This document shows positions 22,921 to 34,749 of a stretch of DNA of 64,000 nucleotides, in pieces (the stretch's first letter is position 1; the number at the start of each line of letters is the position of its first letter). A program made the position numbers and the translations under genes. Under the pieces are notes generated by a model, which was given only the letters and a program-made list of their open reading frames with translations, was not told the DNA's origin and searched no databases. Origin of the DNA: Naegleria gruberi (Eukaryota); the NCBI GenBank assembly GCA_000004985.1, contig GG738854.1; one strand, written 5' to 3'.

Positions 22921-23850
22921 ATGAACCAAACCTTCTACACGCCGATAAACGAACCCTATCACCAACACCACTACACTTATTTACCAACAAGTACAATTAA
23001 CGGACAAAAAAACAAGAAGGGGAACAACACTCCAACAACAAGTTCTCCCAACAATAACACCAACAATCAAGACAACAATACTCTTCCTTCCTTTGTAAAA
23101 ACCACCTCTGCATTGTTGGATTGTGATCGCCAACAACAACAACAAAATAACAACACTGCATCATCATACCTGTACAATAATCATGGAATCTATAATGAAG
23201 CACCTTCACCCTCTGTCCACCACCAACAACAACAAGATAATAACATTCTGCCACCTTTATCCTCTCTGTTACCACCTGCTGTAGATATCAATTCCACTAC
23301 TAAATATAGTTCTAATTACCCACACCCACTCAATAACATGAATATGTCTTTTGTTCCTCCAAACGTATCATCGCCATTTAACTCTTCAAGACCTCACGAC
23401 ATCTATCAACCAATATCTTCTCCTGTTAGTAATGCAAGTCGTTCTACTACCGAATCACTCTCACGAAGGAACTCTATATCTTCATCTGCCACAAGCTCTC
23501 TTGATACTCCAGAAAATCAAAAGAGGATCTTCCAGACCATGATATCCAGAGTAATGATCAAGGAAAATAAGAAAGTTGTAAAGATTAACCAACAACAACA
23601 GAGTTCCCTTTTGATGAAAGTATTGAAATTCAATCAACTTAAACTTGCCCAAATGATGGCCCAATCAAACAGGTCACATCATACCATTTCTGCTCAATTG
23701 CTAGATAACGGCGGAAAGTTAGATGTTTATGTTTTGGCTAGAAGGAAAAACATTGGTGTAAATAGTGTTTCCAATATGGAAAGAAGAGTTGACTGTTTCA
23801 AGTTGGACGATTATTCCTTCAACATTGTTGTTCTAGAACCAAACCACTAA
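22921..23850 (+). CDS. Asn/Gln/Ser-rich low-complexity protein, function unknown
   Basis: ATG at 22921, 309-aa ORF with poly-Q (CAA)n and N/S/T runs. The C-terminal ~90 aa are non-repetitive. Confidence 0.4.
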   Translation: MNQTFYTPINEPYHQHHYTYLPTSTINGQKNKKGNNTPTTSSPNNNTNNQDNNTLPSFVKTTSALLDCDRQQQQQNNNTASSYLYNNHGIYNEAPSPSVHHQQQQDNNILPPLSSLLPPAVDINSTTKYSSNYPHPLNNMNMSFVPPNVSSPFNSSRPHDIYQPISSPVSNASRSTTESLSRRNSISSSATSSLDTPENQKRIFQTMISRVMIKENKKVVKINQQQQSSLLMKVLKFNQLKLAQMMAQSNRSHHTISAQLLDNGGKLDVYVLARRKNIGVNSVSNMERRVDCFKLDDYSFNIVVLEPNH

Positions 23851-23889
23851 AAAATTGTAAAATAACATTCCAAAAAAACAAATAAATAT

Positions 23890-24752
23890 TTATTCAATAT
23901 CCTTAAAATCCTTCAAATCCTTTTCTGTTTCATTTGAGTTTGAAATGGATGAGAATAAACCCTTCTTCTTTTCAGTGGTTGTGGTTGACTTGTTTTGGAA
24001 TGCTTTGAAATTTCTCATTTCTCTTATTACTGTTTCGAATGCTTCATCGATGTTGACTCTGGTCTTGGCAGAAGTGAAGAGAATTGGAACTTGAATATCA
24101 AGTTCTTGTTTCATAAAGGATGCAACATCCTTTTCACTTAATTCAAAGTTTAAATCACACTTGTTACCTAAAATAATACCTGGGAAAATGTTTCCATTAG
24201 AAAGTGGTTTGTTTTCGTCTAGTTTAGTTCTCTTAATTTGCTCTACAAATATTTTCAATTCTTCCAAAGTTCTGTAAGATGTCAAATCAAAAACAAGAAT
24301 AAATCCATAACAGCTCTTCATCCAAGTATCTCTTAAAGCAATATAATCATCTTGACCTATTATTATTTTTGTTTAATAATGGTCAATTAATTCCGAATTG
24401 ATGACATACCTGCAGTATCAACAATTTCTAATTCAACACCAACTCCATCAATCATTCTCTTACAATAATAGGCATCTATTCAAGTAAATTTACAACAATT
24501 ATTCACAAATTTAAAAAACCTACCTTCAATTGTTGGATCATAAGTTTCTTGCCTGTCAAATATATTTTGTGTAAATTGAATACTTTAAAATGGTCAATTA
24601 TTGATATTTTAATGATGATTAAAAACCTACGTAATGGCACTTTTACCGACAGCACCAGTTCCGACTATAATCATTGACAACAACAATAGAACCACACACC
24701 ATTGCATTAAAAACTACTTACCAACAGCCAATTTAAAACGATCAGGGTTCAT
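23890..24752 (-). CDS. Ras-family small GTPase (5 exons)
   Basis: Exons rejoined: MNPDRFKLAV|VGTGAVGKSAIT|IQFTQNIFDRQETYDPTIE|DAYYCKRMIDGVGVELEIVDTAG|QDDYIALRDTWMKS...LGNKCDL...TSAK. G1-G5 motifs are intact. Four introns of ~45-57 nt have GTAAGT/GTAGGT/GTATGT donors. ATG at 24752-24750. Confidence 0.8.
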
Positions 24753-24915
24753 AGGTAAAGTTGGAATGTTGGTGGTTATTTTTTTTAATTAAAAGATATG
24801 AAGAGTGGAACATGACGACTTCCAATGGTTCAAAGATCATCTGGGTGGATATTATTGTATGATGTTTATTGTAAAGTATTAATTGGTTAATAGTGATAAT
24901 TCCAAATAGAAAAAA

Positions 24916-25971
24916 ATGCTCTCATCACTTGCTGGCTACGGTTCCGATTCCGATGATGAAGTTATTGTACCATCGTCGAAACAAAATGTAGCAACGAGAA
25001 ATACTACACCTTCAACTACTGCTACTAATGCAAACGTACAAAAAGTTACAAAAGTTAATGCTGATGAGGAATTGATGATTGAATCGGTTGGACCTGTTGG
25101 AGTTTCAAATATGAATTATAAACAAGTTTCCTCTGCACCTAGTGTAGCCTCTTCATCAACAGTGATTAATAGTAATGTAATAACACGATCGGAAAAGAAG
25201 GAGAAACCATTGGAACAAAAGAAGAAGAAGCAAAAAACTAATAGTTACAAAAAGAACTTGTTGAAACAAATTTCTGAACACTCTCTGTTCAATGATGATT
25301 CAAAGAAAAAAGGAAAGGATCAAACAATTGAACAAGAAAGATTTTTAGATGATGAGGATGATAATGATGATTACAATTATAACTTTATTGAAACAAAACC
25401 AAGTGAACCTGAGGAAGAGGATGAGGAGGAAAAACCAAAGTTGTACATACCAAGAAATAACGACGTTGAAATTCAAAATGATGATAATGAGGATGATTTT
25501 GAATTTAATCCATACTACAATGAAGAGGACGACGAAGTTTACAAAAATTTGGAGAATATTACACCAGAAGACAATGAGGAACCAATAACTGCCAACAGGG
25601 GAATTCCACAAGATGTTTTAGAAGAAATGAAACGACAAGGAATAGATGTTGATTCTGGAAATTTTGAAATATTGGATGTTAGTCAAAATGGATCTAGTAA
25701 ATTAATCAATGTCGAAGCTGAAAGAAGAAAGGCCCTCATTGAAAAGCATAAACGTGACGTCTTCCTTACAAAGGATGAGAGTGATGCTTTGAAACAATTC
25801 AATTTCACAACAGAAGGAGCTGGTGATAAAAATCGTGTCAAGGTGGCTAGAACCAAAAATCAAATTTCCTACCTAGCCCAACAATCTCGAGGACGTGAAT
25901 TGGAAATGGCAGAAAGATTAGAAAAATCCAGGCAAAGTAGCTCAACAGCAAAGAGAAAGTACGGATGGTAG
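24916..25971 (+). CDS. Acidic Lys/Asp/Glu-rich protein, function unknown
   Basis: ATG at 24916, 351-aa ORF, extreme D/E/N runs, basic C-terminus (KRKYGW). No introns seen. Confidence 0.4.
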   Translation: MLSSLAGYGSDSDDEVIVPSSKQNVATRNTTPSTTATNANVQKVTKVNADEELMIESVGPVGVSNMNYKQVSSAPSVASSSTVINSNVITRSEKKEKPLEQKKKKQKTNSYKKNLLKQISEHSLFNDDSKKKGKDQTIEQERFLDDEDDNDDYNYNFIETKPSEPEEEDEEEKPKLYIPRNNDVEIQNDDNEDDFEFNPYYNEEDDEVYKNLENITPEDNEEPITANRGIPQDVLEEMKRQGIDVDSGNFEILDVSQNGSSKLINVEAERRKALIEKHKRDVFLTKDESDALKQFNFTTEGAGDKNRVKVARTKNQISYLAQQSRGRELEMAERLEKSRQSSSTAKRKYGW

Positions 25972-25980
25972 AATATAACT

Positions 25981-26841
25981 TTATTGAGATTTGATAGACT
26001 CCTTCTTTTTCTGAGTATCAACTTGCAAGAATATAGAAATAATTGTTATTATAGTATAAATGGTGAAAATTACTGGAGTTTGGTCTGGAGGAGAAACAGA
26101 CCCATCAATTACAGAATCAGCCTTCTTTGCTAAATCATCTCCGAAATAAACAATATAAGTGATAGCACCACTCAATGCCAAATAAACCAATGCAACAATC
26201 CAAAATCTAAATCTAGGTCCTCCAAATCTGAAATGTGCAACTGTTAGAGCCATAAATCCAATAATTACAGAGCTCATTTCCAACCAGTAATTTTCCCATA
26301 AAGTCCAATTTTGCCAAGTTCCATATCCAATCTTTAATGTTGTCAATGGTGGTAGAATGGACATGTCAGGTCTATGTACAAGCACATCCAAAGCCCAATG
26401 AGAAGCAACGCCCAACAATAAGATAAAATAAAGAGAAAGGAGTGATCTCTTTCCTCTTCCATGAATAAGGGTATATAAAATTGTAAAAGGAATTGTCAAA
26501 GTAAATGCTCCAGTCAAACTATGTGAAAAAGTAGCATGTGAATTGAATGGCAATGGTTTGCGACTTCTCATCAATTCAACATTGAATGTACAATACTCAG
26601 AACAAACAATAGGATATGGACAAGAATCAACATTCAAATTACAAACTAATTTACAAGAATAAGACAATACAAAATAAGCAATATCAATTACTTGTGTGCT
26701 AATCATCAACCACACGAAGGAAATATCGTTAAACAACAAGTGTATGATACCGGCTGGCCCGTAGTGTCCTAATAACATTTTTTTGAAGGTGGGATTCCGA
26801 ACATGATATTTTTGGAACATCCACATTAACACTGACGTCAT
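25981..26841 (-). CDS. Multi-pass membrane protein, possibly a membrane-bound metal-dependent hydrolase (low confidence)
   Basis: 286-aa ORF with 6-7 hydrophobic segments and a His-rich HWALDVLVH motif. Family assignment is tentative. Confidence 0.35.
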   Translation of the reverse strand: MTSVLMWMFQKYHVRNPTFKKMLLGHYGPAGIIHLLFNDISFVWLMISTQVIDIAYFVLSYSCKLVCNLNVDSCPYPIVCSEYCTFNVELMRSRKPLPFNSHATFSHSLTGAFTLTIPFTILYTLIHGRGKRSLLSLYFILLLGVASHWALDVLVHRPDMSILPPLTTLKIGYGTWQNWTLWENYWLEMSSVIIGFMALTVAHFRFGGPRFRFWIVALVYLALSGAITYIVYFGDDLAKKADSVIDGSVSPPDQTPVIFTIYTIITIISIFLQVDTQKKKESIKSQ

Positions 26842-27170
26842 TTGTTTTTGACTTTTTAAGACAGATAATATTCTACTATTCGATTTACATCATTTAATAA
26901 ATAATTCTATAGATCAATTTACAAATGTTCATCTTCCAGTGTTTTATCAATGTTATCAGAAAATAGTTACAATGCTGCAAATTCAGATCCATCTGTTCCT
27001 CAAAACTGGTTGGCTCATTGTCTTTTTCATCTTGTGGGTTTAAACAATAGAAACATTTAATTTGATATGGATAGCAACAAAATGTATTGAAATATTGGGG
27101 TTTGAACAACACCAATAAATTTGTTATCACAACTTTGGAATTCAAGCCAACATTGAAAAAAAATAGGAGC

Positions 27171-27690
27171 ATGAGCATCAACAGTAACGATAGAGGTATT
27201 TTAAAGAAGAGCAAACTTCAGGAAATTGTACAACAAATTGATCCTCGTCATTCCCTTGATCAAGAAGTGGAAGAGGTGGGTTTTTTCATATGATGATGAT
27301 GATGAGAATGTTTATATCAATATTTAAATTTAATTAATTAATTTGTGTGATAATTTTATTGTTGTGGATATCGGAACAAAGATTTTGTTGGAAATTGCTG
27401 ATGACTTTATTGAATCAGTCACTACAATGGCTTGTAATTTAGCCAAACATCGTGGTTCGGATACATTGGAAGTTAAAGATCTTCAACTCTACTTGGAAAA
27501 TACGTGGGATGTTAAAATTCCAGGCTTTACACCAAGCTCCTCTGTAGTTTCCTCATCAACAGAAGAAGCACCTAGAATTCAAAAACGACCAGCCGTACCA
27601 GAAGTACACAAACAAAGATTGGCCTTTGTCAAGAAGGCTCACGATCAAATTCAAAAGCAAAAACAAAAACAACAAGAAAAGAAGCAATAA
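27171..27690 (+). CDS. TAF12: TFIID subunit TAF12 (histone-fold), 2 exons
   Basis: Exon 1 (ATG at 27171) ends ...LDQEVEE at a GTGGGT donor near 27283. A ~100-nt intron follows. Exon 2 reads ILLEIADDFIESVTTMACNLAKHRGSDTLEVKDLQLYLENTWDVKIPGF, the conserved TAF12 histone-fold core. Confidence 0.7.
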
Positions 27691-27964
27691 TATGTAAATA
27701 TACCACCACCATAGCAACAACACCACTAGGAAAAATTTAAATAATAATTTATATAGAATCATTCAACCCTCTCCTCCATACTCTGTCATCCAATATTAAT
27801 TGTGAAGAATCTAATACAATCCATCCTTCAAAATTATTCTTCGTTGCCATCTTCATGTTCCAAAACAATAATACGACAAGATTCAAACAAAAAAATATTA
27901 TTGCCTTGAAAGCAGAGAATTCTTGTCGTTTTTGAAAGCAAAGCTATTGTAAATTATATTCTAG

Positions 27965-29734
27965 ATGATCAAGAAGGTTGTATCGTTAAATAAAACAACA
28001 CACCAAATCAACAAAATTGTTGGCAATGCTGTTGCGAGAGGATTTCATGTAAGTCAATTCCGAAGAGAGGAGGAACATGTTGCTTCTAATACTTCATCGA
28101 ATGCAGGTGAAGCAAAGAGAGTACCAAGAAAGAAGAGATTTGCAACTCTTGCTGTTGAAGAGGAGATTAATTCTAGCACTTCAACATCCACTAGTACACC
28201 ATCAGTTCAACGAGAAGCTCAAAGATTTGAAGCATTCAGATATTCAATTCCTTGGAAAGATGCTGAATATTACAATGAAGAAAAACTCGAAAATGAAATG
28301 AGAAGAATTTTTGAAATTTGTCATGGATGTAGAAGATGTTTCAATTTGTGTGAATCATTCCCTTCACTTTTTGATATGATTGACAAGGTTGAAGTTTTGG
28401 AACAGGTACCTTCTAGTGAATTCAAAAAAATATCAGACAAGTGTACAATGTGTGATTTGTGTTACAATACCAAATGTCCTTATGTACCTCCACATGAATT
28501 TAATATCGATTTCCCTCATTTAATGTTGAGATATAGAGCTGTAGAACAAAAGAAGAAAAATGAAAGTCACACTACTCAAAATCCTCCTATTCAACTTCGT
28601 GAAACAACAGGATTCTTGACAAAGGATTCACCAAACAAGGAGTTTGAAGCTCCAGTTCATGAAGGTGTTGATAGAAAATTAACTTTGGAAAAGGAAAGTG
28701 AACTCTCTCAACAACTTCTTACAAAGATGGACAGAAATGGCTTCCTTCTTACTAGACTTCCTCAATCTATTAGCTACTTCTTGATGAACAATTCAATTAT
28801 TAGAACAATTTTGGACAAGCTTAATCTAGTTCACAAGAAGGCATATCTTCCACCATTTACCTTTGGAACACTTATGGGAAAGTTGAATTCCACAACACCA
28901 AAGAATCAATCATCCAATACTAATCAAGAAAAAGTAATCATTTATACAACATGTCTTGGAAATTACAACAAACCAGAGTTGGTTGAGTATTCTAAATATA
29001 TTTTGGAGAAAAATGGAGTTGAAGTTGCTATTGATTACAATATGTGTTGTGGAATGCCTTACTTTGAACAGGGTGACTTGGCTGCTGTGAGCAAATCCGC
29101 TGAAAAAGTTTCCGATTTCCTTGTAAATAAGTATATTAGTAAGGGATTTAAGGTTGTCACAGTTGTTCCAAGCTGTTCTCTCATGTTGAAATCTGAATGG
29201 GCCAATGTTCTTCCAGAAAATGAAAATGTCCAGAGCGTTAAAAGAAATACTATGGATATTACAGAATATTTGGTTTATTTGGCAAAGAAGAATGGTGGTA
29301 AATTACCAACGCACGACCAAATCAAGGAAATTCCATACAGTATTACTTTGCATCATGCTTGTCACGCAAGAGCTCAAAATATGGGTAATAAGGGTTTAGA
29401 TGTTTTAAAGTTTATTCCTAATGCCAAAGTTAGTGTTATTCAAAGATGCAGTGGTCATGGAGGCAGTTTTGGTACAAAGAAAGCACACTTTGATACAGCT
29501 GTAAAATTCGGTATGCCAGTTGCTAAGAAGATTTTACAAGATGCAAGCAAATCCAAAACAACTCACGTAATGAGCTCTGAATGCCCACTCGCTCAAGAAC
29601 ATTTGGCTCAAGTAACTGAAATGTCAAAGGAGGAAAAACAAGGAACTGTTTCCACTATTTCATCAAATGGAAATGATCACAACATTCAAAGCAAGCACCC
29701 AATTGAGATTTTATATGAAGCTTATCAAAAATAA
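27965..29734 (+). CDS. GlpC/GlcF-like iron-sulfur oxidoreductase subunit (two 4Fe-4S ferredoxin motifs plus CCG cysteine-rich domains) with an N-terminal mitochondrial-like presequence
   Basis: Intron-less 589-aa ORF. CHGCRRCFNLCESFP and CTMCDLCYNTKCPYVPP fit CxxCxxCxxxC(P). Downstream CCG-type motifs (NMCCGMPY, QRCSGHGG). The N-terminus is basic, amphipathic and Arg/Ser-rich with no acidic residues. Confidence 0.65.
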   Translation: MIKKVVSLNKTTHQINKIVGNAVARGFHVSQFRREEEHVASNTSSNAGEAKRVPRKKRFATLAVEEEINSSTSTSTSTPSVQREAQRFEAFRYSIPWKDAEYYNEEKLENEMRRIFEICHGCRRCFNLCESFPSLFDMIDKVEVLEQVPSSEFKKISDKCTMCDLCYNTKCPYVPPHEFNIDFPHLMLRYRAVEQKKKNESHTTQNPPIQLRETTGFLTKDSPNKEFEAPVHEGVDRKLTLEKESELSQQLLTKMDRNGFLLTRLPQSISYFLMNNSIIRTILDKLNLVHKKAYLPPFTFGTLMGKLNSTTPKNQSSNTNQEKVIIYTTCLGNYNKPELVEYSKYILEKNGVEVAIDYNMCCGMPYFEQGDLAAVSKSAEKVSDFLVNKYISKGFKVVTVVPSCSLMLKSEWANVLPENENVQSVKRNTMDITEYLVYLAKKNGGKLPTHDQIKEIPYSITLHHACHARAQNMGNKGLDVLKFIPNAKVSVIQRCSGHGGSFGTKKAHFDTAVKFGMPVAKKILQDASKSKTTHVMSSECPLAQEHLAQVTEMSKEEKQGTVSTISSNGNDHNIQSKHPIEILYEAYQK

Positions 29735-29739
29735 ATAAT

Positions 29740-32700
29740 TTATTGGTATTCGATTCTTTGTCTGAATTCTTTGATACTTTCAAATATTTCTTCGAAAGAT
29801 GGTCTCTCAGTGTCAAGAGCAGACCAGCATACCTTCATTAAACTGATATAATCAACAACTACAGAGGCAATATATGTTTTTGGATGTTTGGTCAGGATGG
29901 TATCAGTAAATTTCTCGAATGCTTTTGGATCTTCGGTATTGAAAGGTACTACTGGTCTTAAACCATTAATAACCTTTAAGGCAATGGTAAATAAGTTAAA
30001 ATCTTGATTCTCATATGGTTTACACTCAAAAAGAAGTTCATACATCATTATTGCAAATGAAAACACATCACATTTTTCAGTATATCTTTCTTCTTGAAGA
30101 CATTCTGGGGCAATAAATTCCATTGTACCACAGTGCCCAGTCATTGTTGCTTGAACGTCAGCAACTCTTGAAATACCAAAATCTCCAATCTTGGCAGTTC
30201 CCCCTCTGTTAATCAAGACGTTTTGAGGTTTGAGATCACGGTGAAGGCTAATCGATTTGTGAGTTAAAAAGAGATTGAAATTACTTACATTCCCTTATAA
30301 TGTAAATACATCATTCCTCTACAAATGTCCAACAAAATGTCCAATTTTTGCTCTATAAGGAACTTTCCTTTAAGCTTTTTAGTGTAATGATCTAGTGATC
30401 CATTTTCCATAAATTCAGTAATGATGAATTGATGTTTAAGATCTCCACTAGTACTAATACAAACTCCTATAAATGACAATACATTTGGATGTCTTAAAGA
30501 TTTAAGTAAAAATACTTCTTTTTGGAATAACTCTTGGTCTTCGGTGTACCCATCTGATAATTTCATTTTCTTGATGGCAACCTCTGTTCCCTTAAACCTT
30601 CCCTTGAAAACAATAGCAAATCCACCTTCAGATAATCTTTCTGTGAATTCCAAATCTTCAATTTTAATCATAAAGCTGTCATCATAGTCTACAGAATTTG
30701 AAATATTAAATTCACTCTTGAGAAGGGTATCTTCAAATTGCTTTTCAGCATTTTGTTTCTTGTAGAGTGCCTTTCTAGTTTTGAAAAATACAAATGTCAA
30801 AGTAAATGAGAGAATCAACAATCCCAAACCAGTTCCAAATAATGTCCATCTGAAAACGTCTTGAAATATTTCTGGATAGACAAGGTAGATAAATGTATAT
30901 GAAGAGGTAATATCTGCAACCACGAGATTGTCTCCTACTTTAGAGATTTTATAGTTGGAATTACTTGTGTCTCCTCTCTTTACTTGAACAGAGGTTTCAA
31001 CATATAAATGTTTTGCCCAGCCTCCAACTACAAGCTTACTCAGCTCACCACTACTTGAAATTGTGTAGAATACATTATTACTAGTATTTTCTGCATAAAG
31101 ACTCACATAATAGTTGTCATTAGTATAGTAATTATCAGAATCTGTTTGTGCAGAACAATTATTTTCACTTCAAAAGTTAGAATATTAATAATCTCATATA
31201 CTTACTGGGCCTTAAGAAGAACTAAAGTATTTCTATCTAATATTATCAATTTACAACCACAAGCAATTACCAAGTAATTGTGCAACCAAATGTGTCTAGT
31301 CAAATCAAAGTCACAACCTAAGAAATCATTTTTCGTATCATGGAAAGTGCTTACAACTTTGAAATCATTTTGAAAATCTCTTCCAACAAGCCTAGTACCA
31401 TTGTCATCTATTTCTAATGCAAGAAGAGTGTTATACAAAATATCTACTCCAAACATTGTACTGCTTCTACTCGAGTGTTCACCAAAGTCAAATTGGTTTC
31501 CTTCTTTCCAAGTTATTGCTTGATCTTGTACTGTTATAAATAACATTTTCACTTTTTGTAAATCTGAATTATCATTACAAACAGCTGTGACAATAAACAC
31601 ATCCTTGGTTGAGTCATATTTCATTGAATATGGAATAAAACAAGAATCTGATTCTTCATATTTTTGTGAGGCAACCAGTTTCAAAAAAGTAGAGTCAAAC
31701 TTGTAAAAGGTAAAGTTATCATCCAAAATATAATAATAATCTAATGAAATATGATAACCAATTATAGTTCTAGAACGTTGAGGAACATATAGATCATAAA
31801 CTCTCTTAAAAGTGCCATCAACAATCTGAAGAAGTGAAATGGTCTTTTGTCCAATGGCAAACAATGAATGCTTGTCATGTCCATGGTGTAATTCGCTGAC
31901 CATAAAAAGGTCATCTACTTGATATGATGTAGTAAATGGAGAGTCTTCTAAAAAAAGGTTGGTATCTCTCGATTTGGTTCTGGTGTGAACAATGCTATTC
32001 TTGAATGACCCATAGACAACGTCTGCCTGTGGCGTAGATTGTATTGAACTGTTATACCAAATGAAGGTGCATACTGTGAATATACTATTTTGGAAAGAGT
32101 TAGCACCCAGTATAACCATATTATTGCTCAACACTAAACCAGTAGCATCAGTGTAGAGCGAAGAAGTAGTTTCAAAACGCAAGAAATAATGAAGATCTCC
32201 TGCCTTAGTTAAACTTGAAGTAGAGTGAATGGTCTGAAGTCTTGAGGACCTTGAAAATTTTACTCCACTACCCAACCTTGTATCATTCAAATACTGATCT
32301 AGAATCAAATATTCCATTGGACCAACTTGGGCATCATAGGTCGCACGTTTAGCGAAAAAAATAGATAATTTTGTATCATCAAGGTCATTCAATGATGTAT
32401 AGTCAAGAAATCTTACTTCAGCTACATTCTTGCTATCAAAATTATGGGTATATGACCTGATTATATTGAATGATGTGAGGTCAATTTGATGAAATGTAGA
32501 TGAAGAGGTCAATAAAACAATGTAATCTCTTCTAATGATGTGGTATGCTGAAGAAGAAAAGACAGAGTCGAATGTTTGAGGGAGGGTTAAATTTTTGAGA
32601 GGTGTAAAATTAATCGTCAGATTTCCTCCATGACTAATCTGATAAATTCTCAATTGAGCAGAGACTTTGTAATCTGTGGTATCTATCGTTTCATACACTA

Positions 32701-33562
32701 ACAACATGTTAATTCATTGATGAAACAAATAGAACAACTTACTACTGAAAAATAGGTTCTTGTGAGGAACAAAGAAGCAATATCTGGAACAATATTGGGA
32801 ATAGCTGACTCCACTCAAAAGATTAATTGGTGATTCTGAAATAGAAGATGGTTGGTAAACTAAAATATCAAACATTCTGTGAACAGAAAAAGCTTTTTTA
32901 GCAGGAGCTGTCAAGGCGAAGGAAGAAAGCGTAAGTCTCTTTGAAACATCAGTCATAAATAATACGCAATTTGATGTCAAATAGTCTGGACAAGACAGTG
33001 CACCTACAACAGAAGATGATTGACCATCCTTATTATCCATAGGATAGAGAGCCACCCAACTTTGTCTCTTTTGTGTTATTGATTCCACAAAACTTGCACT
33101 ATCAATACTCAAATAAGATTCTCCAAAATTACTCAAAAAATCAGGTTGTCTAATTGACAAGGAAATTAAAACAGCCAATAACATTCCTCCAACCAAAAGT
33201 ATTATCAATATAGCCTCTATTATCAAACATATTTTAATTGATTCATTGATAATTTCATCTCTTTTCATTTGATCCCCCTGTGTTATCTTGTCGAATGTTG
33301 TTTTTACATTTGTTGTAACATTTTTAAAATAATTTGTTATTAATCCATTACTAGATCGTTGCGTTGTTACTATATTATTTGTATCAATCGATTCATTTGT
33401 AGTTCCAATCAAAGGCTCGGAAAGTAAATTATTATTTGTTTTTTTTCTCTTCTTGGTACTCGCTATTGATGAACCTGTATTTTCATAGGATGTATAATAT
33501 GAGGTTGTGAAGGATGATGGATGTAATTCTTGTTGTTGTTGATGATTATCCAAACTCGTCAT
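29740..33562 (-). CDS. Receptor-like Ser/Thr (TKL-type) protein kinase with an N-terminal cytoplasmic tail, two TM segments and a large ectodomain (4 exons)
   Basis: ORFs 32714-33586, 31202-32707, 30285-31106 and 29740-30216 are joined by ~41-49-nt GTAAGT introns at ~32708-32752, ~31141-31189 and ~30219-30259. The kinase has VAIKK, the HRDLKPQNVLI catalytic loop (split by the last intron), GDFGISR and APE. TM1 is ICLIIEAILIILLVGGMLLAVLISL. TM2 is LFGTGLGLLILSFTLTFVFF. First ATG at 33562. Confidence 0.7.
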
Positions 33563-33909
33563 TGCGCAAGAGCAAAAAATTACCACCTCAAAGTCTTGCT
33601 ATTTTTTTTAAAAATAAAAAATGTTCGCTTAAATTGAGGAGAAAATTTATTATTGTTTCTCAAGAATCCAAATTGCATCCAGTTTGCTACGGAGTTGTTG
33701 TTCCTATTCCTATGTTTCACCAAGACACAGGAGTAAGAATGTATTTTTGGACTCACTATTGATTGTTGAGATTGAGATATTTAAGAAGTGTTGATCTATT
33801 CATATAGAGTCTTGTTTATCCAATACTACAGTAAGGATTTTGTAATCGAATATCAAAAGTCACAGTTTAAAAGGGTAACCTTTTAAAAAATTGTGTCAAC
33901 AACAAAATC

Positions 33910-34749
33910 ATGCCTTCCACTCTTTCACAAGAATCCATTCTCCAATTCAAACATTCCTTCTCCTTGCTAGATACTGATCGGAAGGGTTTTGTGACCATTG
34001 ATGATATCAAGATTATGTTGAGAGCACTTCATATTAGAATTGATGAGGAGGATATTGATGATTTGATTCATCAGGTAAAATCAATGGATAGAGAAACTGT
34101 GGAGAGATTATATGAAACCTCTGTTTATAACGTTAATTTTTCAACAGTTAATAATAATAATACAACAACCAATGGTAATTATAATACAGAGAGTAGTAGT
34201 GAGCAACAATTGTCATCATTGGATGAGGAGGAATCATTGGATGATGAGGATGATGACAATTCATTGGCAATGACAGAGAAAGACACCAACAAGAACATTG
34301 TAGAATTGGTCAATAGTAATGATAATTCATCCATTATTCCACTTGTGAAGATTAATCCAAAGAGATTGAAAAAATCGGAAAAGTTTATTGCTTATAGACA
34401 TGGTTTCGATTTACCAGAATTTATTGCTTTTATTTCTTTTGCTGTGAATAGAGAATATCCAAATATTGGAGCTCATCCAAATGAAAGTTTTCAAGAATTG
34501 GATACAGATGAGTTGATAGGGAATAGTGGAAATCAATCACAATTATTTGAAAATATGGATGAATTATTCTCTATATTTGAGGATGTTAATGATAAGGGAT
34601 ATATTACCAAAGCATCATTAAAATCAGCGATTGAGAATGTTGGTGAATTCCTTCCAAATGAAATATTTGATCAAATGTTTCACGAGGTTGATTTTGCAAA
34701 AACTGGGAAAATATCTAGAATCCAGTTTGCATCCATTTTTGATCATTGA
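33910..34749 (+). CDS. EF-hand calcium-binding protein with an N/D/E-rich insert
   Basis: ATG at 33910. EF-hand loops DTDRKGFVTIDD and DVNDKGYITKASL/DFAKTGKISRIQF. Confidence 0.55.
   Translation: MPSTLSQESILQFKHSFSLLDTDRKGFVTIDDIKIMLRALHIRIDEEDIDDLIHQVKSMDRETVERLYETSVYNVNFSTVNNNNTTTNGNYNTESSSEQQLSSLDEEESLDDEDDDNSLAMTEKDTNKNIVELVNSNDNSSIIPLVKINPKRLKKSEKFIAYRHGFDLPEFIAFISFAVNREYPNIGAHPNESFQELDTDELIGNSGNQSQLFENMDELFSIFEDVNDKGYITKASLKSAIENVGEFLPNEIFDQMFHEVDFAKTGKISRIQFASIFDH

Noticed and set aside
25345-25611. Antisense ORF opposite the acidic protein gene
   Set aside because: Generated by the complement of GAT/GAA repeats (ATC/TTC gives I/F-rich). No independent support.
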